IMG/VR virus record: IMGVR_UViG_2541047933_000001
Direction: 5' to 3' (one strand)
From: a virus
Lineage: Duplodnaviria > Heunggongvirae > Uroviricota > Caudoviricetes
Length of the DNA: 41,008 bases
In this document: positions 1 through 13,987 of the stretch, piece by piece
How the letters are laid out: every line of letters begins with the position of its first letter
Numbering within the stretch: position 1 is the stretch's first letter
Translations under genes and position numbers: made by a program
Notes under the pieces: generated by a model
Told to the model about the DNA's origin: nothing
What the model saw: the letters and a program-made list of their open reading frames with translations, nothing else
Databases searched by the model: none

Positions 1-98
1 GAGTCTTGAGTCTTGAGTCTTGAGTCTTGAGTCTTGAGTCTTGAGTCTTGAGTCTTGAGTCTTGAGTCTTGAGTCTTGAGTCTTGAGTCTTGAGTCTT
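1..98 (-). repeat. Tandem heptanucleotide array, 14 copies of GAGTCTT on + strand (AAGACTC on - strand); array reaches the window edge so true copy number is unknown
   Basis: Direct reading: positions 1-98 are exactly 14 x 7 nt; on the minus strand the array sits immediately after ATG-TT, i.e. inside a coding 5' end. Confidence 0.95.
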
Positions 99-103
99 AA
101 CAT
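1..103 (-). CDS. neuO: 5' end of phase-variable polysialic acid O-acetyltransferase gene (partial, continues beyond window start)
   Basis: Minus-strand ATG at 103..101 preceded by AGGA RBS, followed at once by the AAGACTC heptad array; this is the known arrangement of neuO in K1 prophage CUS-3, next to an endosialidase tailspike. Identity is from recalled literature; no O-acetyltransferase residues are visible here. Confidence 0.6.
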   Translation of the reverse strand, partial: MLRLKTQDSRLKTQDSRLKTQDSRLKTQDSRLKT

Positions 104-119
104 ATTAGTATCCTACGTT

Positions 120-147
120 ATTTTACCACTAGTTACTTTTCTTGTCA
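120..147 (-). promoter_or_regulatory. Putative sigma70 promoter for the heptad-repeat gene (-35 TTGTCA-like at 142-147, -10 TAAAAT at 120-125, minus strand)
   Basis: Hexamer match with 16-nt spacer in the AT-rich 104-256 intergenic region; sequence inspection only. Confidence 0.2.
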
Positions 148-256
148 TTAAAAAGCATTTAAATTTTTATATTTAATTTCGTTGACGTCAATGTTTTTTG
201 CCAATGTACTTACTTCTTTATGTGATCAGTTCATATTTTTGACGCCAACGAAACAT

Positions 257-5089
<4,833 letters not shown>

Positions 5090-5161
5090 TTTAAAAGAAC
5101 GCGCCATAGTGAAGAGTTGCGAAGGCATCGATACGATCACATTGGCTGTAATGTCTGTCAT
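5090..5161 (-). pseudogene. Tailspike gene, first 24 codons (MTDITANVIVSMPSQLFTMARSFK), cut off from the rest of the gene by IS100
   Basis: Minus-strand ATG at 5161; removing the IS and one TSD copy joins this in frame to ...[10 protein letters not shown] at 3130; matches P22 gp9 N-terminus MTDITANVVVS...[14 protein letters not shown]. Confidence 0.85.
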
Positions 5162-5217
5162 TTAATTTGCTCCAGATACAAGGAATCGCCGAAGCATGGC
5201 TACGGTGAATTTTGGGC

Positions 5218-5243
5218 ATAAAAAAACCCAGCCGAAGCTGGGT
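5218..5243 (-). terminator. Rho-independent terminator between ant and the tailspike gene
   Basis: Minus-strand hairpin ACCCAGCTTCGGCTGGGT followed by a U7 run. Confidence 0.7.
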
Positions 5244-5261
5244 CGTTGCGTTGGTTATCTA

Positions 5262-6185
5262 TCAGTAGTTATGTACTGAAGGAGGTAATTCTTTATTCTT
5301 AAGTCTCATCCATGCGGAAAGATTCGTTGGTCCGTCTGGCTCATTAATATCAACATCTCGTGTATGGTTGATTAAAACATCTCTCGCCATTCCGATAACA
5401 TACGAGAATTCATGACCGTAGTCGTAGCATCTGCCGGAATAGTTCGATTGAATTTGTTTTAGCGCCTGATACAGTTCGCGGAATAATGCCTGTGAGCGGT
5501 TGGCATAATCCCATAGCCATACAAGGCTGTTTACTTCTTTTGCAGAAAGCTCGTTGGTTTTCTTCTCTTGTTTGCCAATGAACTCACCTTCAAGTGGAAC
5601 TCGAGCTGCAAGTGATAGTGCTTCGGTAAACTGCTCCTCACTGATTTCTTTGTACGAACATCCAAAATGGGATTTCAGTGACGACCACATGGTGATCATC
5701 GCCTTAGCCTGTTTTTCTTTTGGCAGAGACTGACCGCGACTCATGACGAGTTGTTTAATGGCTTCCTGCTGTTCAGTGGTGATTTTACCCTGCAACGCCT
5801 TTTTAGCTTTGCGTGGGTTAACTACATGGCCTTTAGTCCAGTACTCGTAGAGCACATCGTCACACTCTTCCTGATACTGGATTACCTTGTCGCGGATTTC
5901 AGGGCGGACTTTGTTAGGACTGATGCTGTTCAACCAAGCTGCCAATTTTCGTAAAGCCATACAAATCATGGCTTGCACCCCACCGGCAGAAGGTATGGTG
6001 ATTTCCACCATACCATTCGAGAATCGTTGAGAAATCTTCTTATGTTGAGATTTCCAGTCTAGCCCCATTCCCTCAACGATAGGTTTCATTGGGGTATACG
6101 GTTCGCCGTTGTGATTGACAACATAAAGCTCTGCGCCGTGGAATGGTACATTGATAGTAGATACTGCTGTTGCTATACTTTTCAT
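5262..6185 (-). CDS. ant: Antirepressor Ant (immI region)
   Basis: 307-aa ORF directly downstream of arc and upstream of the tailspike gene, the P22 immI arrangement; domain assignment is from position and size rather than a recalled alignment. Confidence 0.65.
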   Translation of the reverse strand: MKSIATAVSTINVPFHGAELYVVNHNGEPYTPMKPIVEGMGLDWKSQHKKISQRFSNGMVEITIPSAGGVQAMICMALRKLAAWLNSISPNKVRPEIRDKVIQYQEECDDVLYEYWTKGHVVNPRKAKKALQGKITTEQQEAIKQLVMSRGQSLPKEKQAKAMITMWSSLKSHFGCSYKEISEEQFTEALSLAARVPLEGEFIGKQEKKTNELSAKEVNSLVWLWDYANRSQALFRELYQALKQIQSNYSGRCYDYGHEFSYVIGMARDVLINHTRDVDINEPDGPTNLSAWMRLKNKELPPSVHNY

Positions 6186-6248
6186 GTCGTTAATTCCTAT
6201 GCGTGGTTTTACGATACCGAAGCCCTGACTGTTCCCGCAGTTGGGGCT

Positions 6249-6452
6249 TCAACTTTCTGCTCTATCAGTTATATCTTTCCCTTCGTATACTTCACCTATA
6301 TTGCTAATGCTGGCAGAACATCCAAGATGCTTGTATCTTATGATGTCCAACACGCAGTCACTACACAGCATCCGACCTGTTTCTTTAGAGTAAATGTATG
6401 TTTGATCAGCGTCTGATTCGCTAATGCCGCAGAAACAACATTCTTTACTCAT
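6249..6452 (-). CDS. Small Cys-rich (zinc-ribbon-like) hypothetical protein between arc and ant
   Basis: 67-aa ORF with paired CxxC-like motifs (CCFCG ... CSDC); start overlaps arc stop (ATGA). Confidence 0.45.
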   Translation of the reverse strand: MSKECCFCGISESDADQTYIYSKETGRMLCSDCVLDIIRYKHLGCSASISNIGEVYEGKDITDRAES

Positions 6453-6589
6453 ACCATCACCCCCTCTCTCTTCAAGCTGTCCAGCACCCGTTTAATTACT
6501 TCTGCGCTAAACGATCGACACTCTTCCTTTGCTTTCTCTTCAAGGATTTTTTCTAACTTCTCTGGCATACGCAGTGTTTTTACCTTCAT
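6449..6589 (-). CDS. arc: Arc-like ribbon-helix-helix repressor
   Basis: 46-aa product MKVKTLRMPEKLEKILEEKAKEECRSFSAEVIKRV... follows the P22 Arc pattern (R.P.E......A.E.GRS.N.E); GGAGG RBS upstream. Confidence 0.7.
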   Translation of the reverse strand: MKVKTLRMPEKLEKILEEKAKEECRSFSAEVIKRVLDSLKREGVMV

Positions 6590-6694
6590 TGCATCCTCCG
6601 CTGTATGTGGTACGCATACATAGTATTTAGGTACGCATTGATAGTCAATAGACACCTACATATCCTGTGGTAAAAAATTATTCAGGGTGTGCCG

Positions 6695-6952
6695 ATGTCT
6701 GATCGTAAGTACAAAAACCCTCAAGTGAATCTGAGGCTTCCTGTAGAGATAAAGGAACGTCTTATTGAACTGGCTGAGGCTAATTCTCGTTCATTAAATG
6801 CTGAGATGGTCGCTGCACTTGAAGCATGGACCGAAAAAAATAAACACATTCAAGCACTAGACCTTGCAACTATAGCATCACGATTGATAGATCTTGAACA
6901 TGATGTTGAGAAGTTGAAATGCATGTATGGCAACAATAAAGACGAAAGTTAG
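6695..6952 (+). CDS. Mnt/Arc-family ribbon-helix-helix protein, extra paralogue upstream of mnt
   Basis: 85-aa product ...NLRLPVEIKERLIELAEANSRSLNAEMVAALEAW... carries the RHH signature; divergent from arc. Confidence 0.6.
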   Translation: MSDRKYKNPQVNLRLPVEIKERLIELAEANSRSLNAEMVAALEAWTEKNKHIQALDLATIASRLIDLEHDVEKLKCMYGNNKDES

Positions 6953-6975
6953 AGATACTAACTTGGAGTGATGGC

Positions 6976-7224
6976 ATGGCTAGAGATGATCCGCACTTTA
7001 ACTTCCGTATGCCTTTGGAAGTAAGAGAAAAATTGAAATTAAGAGCCGAGGCTAACGGAAGGTCAATGAACTCTGAGTTATTACAAATCGTTCAGGATGC
7101 GCTATCAAAACCATCACCGATTGCAGGTTACCGTGACGAAGCAGAACGTATGGCTGATCAGCAAGCAGAAATTGTTAAGAAGATGGTGTTTGAAACCCTG
7201 AAAAAAATGTACGAGACCAGATAG
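6976..7224 (+). CDS. mnt: Mnt repressor (near-identical to P22 Mnt)
   Basis: 82-aa product MARDDPHFNFRMPLEVREKLKLRAEANGRSMNSELLQIVQDAL... matches recalled P22 Mnt almost residue for residue. Confidence 0.9.
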   Translation: MARDDPHFNFRMPLEVREKLKLRAEANGRSMNSELLQIVQDALSKPSPIAGYRDEAERMADQQAEIVKKMVFETLKKMYETR

Positions 7225-7266
7225 GTCAATGTTTGTTCGTTGATATAAAATAACAAGGTATACATT

Positions 7267-7866
7267 GTGATTGAGATAGGCGTTATGGCCATCCTGAATC
7301 AAGAGCCAGGAAAAATTGAAAACGTTTTTTCTGACATATCAACATCTATCGAGCGTTCAATTTCAGACTTTGATCGCAGTCATAGCGGCTCTTTGTCTAA
7401 AAAACAGGCTTCTGAAGCTCTTAGCAAGATCTACTGCGTTATGTCACCTGTAGAGGAAGTTTGCAAAAAGTACATTACATTCATTGACATATTAAGTAAT
7501 GGTACAGAAGAAGATATTTCCTCACTTAATATTCAACATGACGATGTAGATATGTTGAACGATCAGATATCTAAGCTTGATTATGGTATCGCGAAACTGT
7601 TGTATACCTTCTTCATCGCTGAGAACAGCGATGCGTGGAAGCCCCATATGTCAACTCTTACAACAATGAAAAACCACTCAATCAATACTTTTATAGAATA
7701 CAAAAGGCTAACAATGGGGCTTGTGACGCTAGCAATGCAGCACATACCACTATCATATGCTGAACCTGAAGAGTTCACTGAAGAAGAGTTGGCTTCCTTC
7801 AAGAAATCAGTTGAAGATTCACATAAAAGATTTGGCATGGAAGCACCAAAATGGAAAACCGCATAA
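7267..7866 (+). CDS. Hypothetical protein, gene 1 of AT-rich accessory module (sieA-locus position)
   Basis: 199-aa ORF (GTG at 7267, alternative ATG at 7285); no recognisable motif; AT-rich; stop overlaps start of next gene. Confidence 0.55.
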   Translation: MIEIGVMAILNQEPGKIENVFSDISTSIERSISDFDRSHSGSLSKKQASEALSKIYCVMSPVEEVCKKYITFIDILSNGTEEDISSLNIQHDDVDMLNDQISKLDYGIAKLLYTFFIAENSDAWKPHMSTLTTMKNHSINTFIEYKRLTMGLVTLAMQHIPLSYAEPEEFTEEELASFKKSVEDSHKRFGMEAPKWKTA

Positions 7867-8270
7867 GCATTGTTGTAGATGCAGCGGCTGGACCATTAGA
7901 ACAATACTTTGCGAAGGCTCTTGCAAACTACAAAAACAGAGGCACCGTTTCAGCTTATCTTGGTAAGATTGGTGGGTTTGAGAGAAACCATCACGCCGTC
8001 TTATCGGGAATTTACAAGTCGCACATCAGGATCCCTGGAGTAGATGATCCTTGGTTAAGAACAACGCCAATACATCGTAGAGTTAGCGATAACTTTTTGA
8101 TATTTGCGGTACACAACACATATCCAATTCATATCCAGATCATTGCTATCATTAAACCTGATGGTCATGAGAAGGTAAAAAAACTATTGCCAGCCATCAT
8201 TGATATAACTGAAAAAAGATTCCAATCTCTAAATGAGAGGGAGCTTAACTCGTTGATTTCATACAAATAA
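7851..8270 (+). CDS. Hypothetical protein, gene 2 of accessory module; C-terminal half faintly RelE/ParE-like
   Basis: 139-aa ORF, ATG overlaps upstream stop; segment RRVSDNFLIFAVHNTYPIHIQIIAIIKPDGHE resembles the conserved strand region of RelE/ParE toxins; weak, unverified. Confidence 0.55.
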   Translation: MENRISIVVDAAAGPLEQYFAKALANYKNRGTVSAYLGKIGGFERNHHAVLSGIYKSHIRIPGVDDPWLRTTPIHRRVSDNFLIFAVHNTYPIHIQIIAIIKPDGHEKVKKLLPAIIDITEKRFQSLNERELNSLISYK

Positions 8271-8292
8271 AATATCAACTAAGGGGGTTGGT

Positions 8293-8616
8293 GTGTATAC
8301 AACAGTTATCGCGATAGCTATCGCACTCATTGTGGTTCAGTACCAACTGGCATCTTTAAAACAAAAGATATCTGACCTCAAGACTGAGAACGAAGCACTT
8401 AAAAACTCAATAAAAGATGAGAAGAACAAACTATCATTCACTATATCTGATATTGAGCAATCCATTGAAATTATTGAGAATAATATTAACAGATTAAAAA
8501 AAGAAGATATTCATGAAATCAATGACAATATCAAGGATTTGAAATCTTGGCTTAGGAATGTAGGACAAATCGCCACATCAACACGAGATAAGCTCAATAC
8601 ATCCATGGATGATTAA
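8293..8616 (+). CDS. Small membrane-anchored coiled-coil protein, gene 3 of accessory module
   Basis: 107-aa ORF with GTG start and AAGGGGG RBS; N-terminal hydrophobic helix TTVIAIAIALIVVQY followed by heptad-like charged repeats; very AT-rich. Confidence 0.55.
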   Translation: MYTTVIAIAIALIVVQYQLASLKQKISDLKTENEALKNSIKDEKNKLSFTISDIEQSIEIIENNINRLKKEDIHEINDNIKDLKSWLRNVGQIATSTRDKLNTSMDD

Positions 8617-10776
8617 TTACTCCTGTGCCATTCCGCTTAGCGACGCTACAATGCCAGCCCTCGCTAAGCGATTGAACTCTTCGTTTCCAACTGCATCGCG
8701 TATTGCTTTTACGGCGGCTTTATTTGCCATAAATCTGCGTTCCGCCGCCGCTAATGCTTCTTTACTTCCGCCAGCTCTTACTGCTTTCGTGGCTTCCTGA
8801 ACTGCTTTCTCTATCGCATACCGACCACTACGTGTGGTGGCAATTTTAGATACAGCACCTTTTAGCCCGGCGCCAACTAAAGCACCTGCGGCAGCGCCTG
8901 CAATGCCCCCTCCTGCTCCACCAACAATGGCACCTGATGTTGAATTGGCAATTGCATTTAACACTGTTGATGTGACGTTGGATAAACCGGCATCCAGATC
9001 GCGTAGTACATTGGCAGTTCTCCCTGTTCTTTCAATATACTGCTGAGGTTTCACTGCTGCTCTTGCAAGAGTGCCATATGCATCTGCAATTCTTCCAAGC
9101 TCTGAGGAATATCGGCTAATGGCTTTTACATTTTGTGGAGTGAGTATCTCTGCGATATGGTTAATTCCTGCTGCATCAGCTTTACCACCACGTACACCAT
9201 GCGAGATAGCATCTTGCAACATTGATGATATAGCAGGAACACGCTCTGATTCTGGCAGCGCGCGGATCATAGAATGGAATCCAGCAGGACCATTAAGACC
9301 TTTAGCTGACGATGATTGAAGGGATTTTACTCCATTCGTAATCAGTGCATCTGTTGCCAAATCACGCCCGAAAACAGACTCTGCACTCTCTTGTGCTGAT
9401 AACCTCGCTTTAGACAGATCATTAGCTTTTTGCCAGTCATCAAGAAATCCGCCGTTTTCCGCCATTGTGCGCATATCATCAGTAATTGCCCGGCGTATTT
9501 CCCCTGCTCTCCTTGCCGCATTTGCCTCTCCGCTACGCTTATATTTTTGCTCCGCATCAGCAAATTTCGCTCTCCATGCTTTCATGCCGTCAAATGTTAC
9601 TCCACCTTGATTGTTTGCCTGAACAAACTGTTTCATTTCAGGAGTAAGCGGTATGCCGGCAGATCGCTCTGCCTGAATAACGGCATTACCATTTAGCATT
9701 CTTGCTTTTTGATTTGGCATTGTTGACCGCACGTCATCCCATGCCGCGCGCTCGGCATCCTTCATCTGATCAAGATTTTGAAGAATCCTTTGTTTTATAG
9801 CCGCACTTTTTTCTGATGCCGTTCCAGATGCGGCCCCAAATTCATCAAGGTTTCGACTTAACTTTGATGATATTTCGTTAAATGCTGCCTGATGGGCGTC
9901 CTGAACAATTCCTGGTGTTGATGCCAATGCGCCTTCGGCTTGTGCAATTCCACGACTTCCAGATCGCATTCCTGGTGTTAATGCGTTTATATCAATTCCA
10001 GCAGACTCAGCCGCTTTTGCTACATCTTCGGACACATTAGCGGCCTGACTGGCAATTGACTGACGCCCAGCACCTGACTTTGCCATCCTAGAAACATCAT
10101 TAGCAGAATTCAGTGCTGCACCACCAAGAGCCTGTGAAACCCTTGGCGCAATAACGCGCCCGACACCTGAAAGAACGCCTTGAGCACCAATATTGATACC
10201 ACCGTTAATGGCAGCATTTTGTGCAAAGTCGCCCTCCTGATTTGCAGCATCAGCAAGAGAACCTGCAATCATGTTTCCGGCGGAACCGATATCTCCAGCG
10301 AGCTTTGCTGTCGCTCCAGCAGCTTTTGCCGCTGTGCCAATTGGCAGGAGATACCCACCAATTGTTTCACCGGCTTGCGCGTAAGGGTCTGTCGGTCGCT
10401 CGGCAGGGCGATAAACATCATCCAAAACCTTGGGGCCGCCAAGCCCCTGGCTGATTGCATTAATCAGACTTGCGCCACCCTGCAATACGTCAAATGGTAT
10501 GTTTACCAGACCACGACCAGCCTGTTCTGCAATTTGCCCTGCACTTTGACCACCTGTGAGCCAATCACCAGCTTGTTGCATCAATGATGGTTCTTCTTTC
10601 TGCTGCTGAGGCGGAGGGTATGCTGCATAAAACTGATCTCTTGCTTCAGCCCATTTGTCACCAGCCTTAGGGGCAACAACCTCATCAAAATATTGCGCTT
10701 GAGCCTGTGCTTTCTGTTCTTCAGTTAACGCCTGATACTGTGGAGAAGCGATAACATCTTTCCATGCTTTAGCCAT
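8617..10776 (-). CDS. Ejection (DNA transfer) protein, P22 gp16 equivalent
   Basis: 719-aa Ala/Gly-rich product at the gp16 position of the conserved P22 late-gene order. Confidence 0.7.
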   Translation of the reverse strand: MAKAWKDVIASPQYQALTEEQKAQAQAQYFDEVVAPKAGDKWAEARDQFYAAYPPPQQQKEEPSLMQQAGDWLTGGQSAGQIAEQAGRGLVNIPFDVLQGGASLINAISQGLGGPKVLDDVYRPAERPTDPYAQAGETIGGYLLPIGTAAKAAGATAKLAGDIGSAGNMIAGSLADAANQEGDFAQNAAINGGINIGAQGVLSGVGRVIAPRVSQALGGAALNSANDVSRMAKSGAGRQSIASQAANVSEDVAKAAESAGIDINALTPGMRSGSRGIAQAEGALASTPGIVQDAHQAAFNEISSKLSRNLDEFGAASGTASEKSAAIKQRILQNLDQMKDAERAAWDDVRSTMPNQKARMLNGNAVIQAERSAGIPLTPEMKQFVQANNQGGVTFDGMKAWRAKFADAEQKYKRSGEANAARRAGEIRRAITDDMRTMAENGGFLDDWQKANDLSKARLSAQESAESVFGRDLATDALITNGVKSLQSSSAKGLNGPAGFHSMIRALPESERVPAISSMLQDAISHGVRGGKADAAGINHIAEILTPQNVKAISRYSSELGRIADAYGTLARAAVKPQQYIERTGRTANVLRDLDAGLSNVTSTVLNAIANSTSGAIVGGAGGGIAGAAAGALVGAGLKGAVSKIATTRSGRYAIEKAVQEATKAVRAGGSKEALAAAERRFMANKAAVKAIRDAVGNEEFNRLARAGIVASLSGMAQE

Positions 10777-12125
10777 TAATCACCCCATAAAGACGAGAAA
10801 CCGGACTTATTGCTGTCGCTTCCTGATTTTCGCTCACTAACATATGTGTCATAACCTGATGAACTATATCCCATTGATTCAGCCTCCCTTGCTGCAACCT
10901 TTTGAAATACAGAATATTGCGATCGGATTTCAGATAACTGTTTTCTGACGACCTCTTCAGGCTGTGTTATATCGAGTTTCGCGATCAGGTTTTCCAGTTT
11001 TTGGCCTTCAGCATTGGAGAGGCTCCCCATACCTCGCATAATCTGCACGTTCTGGACAAACGCACCCGACTTTAATTCTTCTATCGCATTACGGTTTGCA
11101 AGCCCTTCAGCACTTGTGAAGCCATCTATATTTCTTCCTTCGAAGCGACCGATACCTTCAAGCTCCTTCTTACCAAGCAAAGAATCTATTTTCTCTATCC
11201 CTCGCTCACCAGTAATCAACGCATTGTTGTAATTATTGTTGCCATCAAGCCATCTCTTAGCCTGAGACATTCTGGCTGACGTTGCAGCTTTACCGGTTAG
11301 AGGATCAATTCCCGTCGCTGCTATCTGTGAGTTAAGAGACAAAACATCCATATCCTGAAGTTGTCCTGCTCTTTCAAGGGCCGCCTGTGACTGCTTAAAC
11401 ACATACTTGTCGTGATTCAGTCTTGCCATTTGAGCCTTATAGGAAAGATCCTGCCCCCTAATAGCCCTCGCATTCGTCATGTCATTATTGCGAATGGTTT
11501 CGTTAATTCTTTGCTGCTCCTGCTGGCGACCAACCATCTTGTCCTGAACAGCAAACGCCTTTTCTGGTCCAAGCGCACCGAGAGACATAGTAGTCAGCAT
11601 GTGTGATAGCTGCTCTGGATTCTGGATACCTGTCTGAATCATCCAATCAGCATTCGCCCCCACGCGATTTAACCTGTCCTTGTTGTCAGTAATGAATTTA
11701 CTGTAGGCTTCCGGTCCCTGAGAAAGAGCGACGTTAGCCCTCATGGCTAAATCGCCCATATCGTTGCGTTGCTGCTCATTAAGACCGGAAAATGCCTGTT
11801 GTGCCTGCGCAACAAACGCTGGATTTTCCTTGGCAAACTTAAATAGTCCCGATGGATCACCAGAAGCCCATGCATCAGCATGAACCTTATTGAACGCATT
11901 AATCGCTTTCTGTTGCTGGTCCTGCTTATAAATATCAGCAACTCCAGCCAGACCACGTAACGCGGTCAGACCAACGTTATTTGCACCTGATTGAGCCAGT
12001 TCATTGTTTTCGCGGATCAGACCAAGCGTTGCGTTAATGTCGCTTGCCTTTGGCGCATTCTCATTTTGCGCACCAATTCCAGCCAGAAAACCACCAGAAT
12101 TAATACCCTGTTGCCACGTAGCCAT
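10776..12125 (-). CDS. Ejection protein, P22 gp20 equivalent
   Basis: 449-aa product; position and size match P22 gp20. Confidence 0.7.
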   Translation of the reverse strand: MATWQQGINSGGFLAGIGAQNENAPKASDINATLGLIRENNELAQSGANNVGLTALRGLAGVADIYKQDQQQKAINAFNKVHADAWASGDPSGLFKFAKENPAFVAQAQQAFSGLNEQQRNDMGDLAMRANVALSQGPEAYSKFITDNKDRLNRVGANADWMIQTGIQNPEQLSHMLTTMSLGALGPEKAFAVQDKMVGRQQEQQRINETIRNNDMTNARAIRGQDLSYKAQMARLNHDKYVFKQSQAALERAGQLQDMDVLSLNSQIAATGIDPLTGKAATSARMSQAKRWLDGNNNYNNALITGERGIEKIDSLLGKKELEGIGRFEGRNIDGFTSAEGLANRNAIEELKSGAFVQNVQIMRGMGSLSNAEGQKLENLIAKLDITQPEEVVRKQLSEIRSQYSVFQKVAAREAESMGYSSSGYDTYVSERKSGSDSNKSGFSSLWGD

Positions 12126-12135
12126 TGATTACCCC

Positions 12136-12828
12136 TTAAAACAACGAGCCAAGCAGACCAAGACCAGCACCGATACCAGCACCCCACGGAGTTGATAGCT
12201 CGAGAGCACTGGCTATGCCACCACCCAAAAGCGCACCGGATGCAGCACCACTAACACCCTGCCGCAATGCTGACGGTCGGTTGGCGTTTGCCGCTGCAAG
12301 AGCCGCGCTTTGCTGTGAAATCTGACTCATGTTGTTGGCATATGTTTGCCCGGCGTTTGCCTGCCCCTGAAGAGCGCCAAGACCGATATTTGCCAGGTTG
12401 TTGTAATTGTTCATTTGTCCAGATAGCCATTGCTGACCAAGCGTTGGTGCGATTGTTGCTAACTGATTACTGGTTGCGGTGGAACCCAATCCACCTGTTG
12501 CTTCCGCTGCCGCCAGACTCTGATAGCGAGCCTGACCTGCAAGGTCTTTATACTGCTGAGAGTTGTAATACTGGTTAAGTGCCTGACCTTGCCCTTCCAG
12601 AGACGATAAGTTCTCAAGGCTGCCGACATACTTCCCAGCCAGAGGAGTAAACAGCTTCAGGTTGTTCATGATGGTGTTGAACTGCTGATTTTGCAGGTCT
12701 GCGGCATACTTCTGAGCTTCTGCTGCATACTTTGCGCTTTTATCAGAACTGCCACCTTTCCCGCCTTTTTCAGGGTAATAAGGTTCCTCGCCGCGCAGTT
12801 TTCTGCCCAGCGTAAATGCATATAACAT
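12136..12828 (-). CDS. Ejection protein, P22 gp7 equivalent
   Basis: 230-aa product; position and size match P22 gp7. Confidence 0.7.
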   Translation of the reverse strand: MLYAFTLGRKLRGEEPYYPEKGGKGGSSDKSAKYAAEAQKYAADLQNQQFNTIMNNLKLFTPLAGKYVGSLENLSSLEGQGQALNQYYNSQQYKDLAGQARYQSLAAAEATGGLGSTATSNQLATIAPTLGQQWLSGQMNNYNNLANIGLGALQGQANAGQTYANNMSQISQQSAALAAANANRPSALRQGVSGAASGALLGGGIASALELSTPWGAGIGAGLGLLGSLF

Positions 12829-12830
12829 GG

Positions 12831-13286
12831 CTATCTCCCGTGATTCAGGAAGTCGATTAGTTCTTCGCGTGTGGCGCTGTAAAACGTCACGTCATCCACG
12901 CCTTTGAAGTATTTCTTGATGGTTCCTACACGCTTAAGGCCAATCATTGCGCAGTACATCTGCCCGTGGCGGAATTTGCGTGCAGCAAATGATGTGACGC
13001 ACTGAACGGTGGTGTTGGTCAGAATGTATCGCCAGAACGCCAGCCCTATTTCCTTGCTGAAGCCGCGAATCTCTGGCAGGTACATGGCGTGGCAATCGAA
13101 TGTAAGCGGCTGAATCTCCTGATAGTAAACAATGCCGCCAAACTGACCGTGCACGTTCACCTCAAAGTAACGGCAATCAGGTTTGTAGTCGTATCCATCA
13201 CCGTTGTTGCTCCCGGCGATGATGTCAGGGTGATTTCCTACTGCTTCGATCAGGTCGATGTTTCGCGTTGGTTTGAATGTAATCAT
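12831..13286 (-). CDS. Head assembly protein, P22 gp14 equivalent
   Basis: 151-aa product between the gp26 and gp7 homologues. Confidence 0.6.
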   Translation of the reverse strand: MITFKPTRNIDLIEAVGNHPDIIAGSNNGDGYDYKPDCRYFEVNVHGQFGGIVYYQEIQPLTFDCHAMYLPEIRGFSKEIGLAFWRYILTNTTVQCVTSFAARKFRHGQMYCAMIGLKRVGTIKKYFKGVDDVTFYSATREELIDFLNHGR

Positions 13287-13987
13287 CAGTCAATCAGCCC
13301 ATGTAATCTAAGTGCTGTTTCAAGCGCCAGAATACGCTGCCGCGCCTGCTCCAAACCTGTAGCGATAGCTGCGACTTCGGATTGTGTGTACGTAGTGCCG
13401 ACCGTGTATGACTGGTTAGCGTTGAATGAGCCAAGAAGTGGTGTGCCTGTGGCCGCTGTCCATCCGGTCTGCCTTGCTCCAACGACCTGAATTCCATCAA
13501 CTGAATATGATGTTTTTACATCCAGCGGTGACGCAAGAGACTGCGATTCTGTTACGGTTTTCGATACGTAATCACTCTTAATGTCAGATATATCGCTTTC
13601 TACGCCATCCAGTCTTTGGTCAACAGTGACCAGATGCGCCTGAATATCGATAACCTCATCCAGCAAGTAATCAACATCGCTACGCAGTACAACTATCTTC
13701 CCTTCGGCGGTTGTTAACCTGACCTCAAGGAGATTTATCGCTTTTGTGTTTGCGGTGATTCTTGCATCGTGGTCAGCCAGTTCGACATCCTGTTCATCGT
13801 TTTTCACCTGAGCATCGTAAGCGCCCTGACCAGCCTGATTTGCTTTCCCGGCAATTGCGCCGACATCAGCCCCCTGATTAATGACATACAGCAGGTAAGA
13901 CTGGCTGAATATATTGCGTGGAAGGATTGATGTATCGAGCCGCGTCGCCTGCACAATAACAGGGGTGTTGAGATTCGAATCAGCCAT
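13286..13987 (-). CDS. Tail needle protein, P22 gp26 equivalent
   Basis: [35 protein letters not shown]...ALRLHGLID matches the recalled P22 gp26 N- and C-terminal sequences; start overlaps the gp10 stop. Confidence 0.85.
   Translation of the reverse strand: MADSNLNTPVIVQATRLDTSILPRNIFSQSYLLYVINQGADVGAIAGKANQAGQGAYDAQVKNDEQDVELADHDARITANTKAINLLEVRLTTAEGKIVVLRSDVDYLLDEVIDIQAHLVTVDQRLDGVESDISDIKSDYVSKTVTESQSLASPLDVKTSYSVDGIQVVGARQTGWTAATGTPLLGSFNANQSYTVGTTYTQSEVAAIATGLEQARQRILALETALRLHGLID

Noticed and set aside
1-98. Possible CRISPR array
   Set aside because: The units are 7-nt perfect tandem repeats with no spacers; this is a simple-sequence phase-variation tract inside a coding 5' end.
8609-10587. 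Several 60-135-aa plus-strand ORFs inside the gp16 gene
   Set aside because: Antisense to a long conserved structural gene; Ala/Pro/Cys-rich frames typical of antisense reading of GC-rich, Ala/Gly-rich coding sequence.
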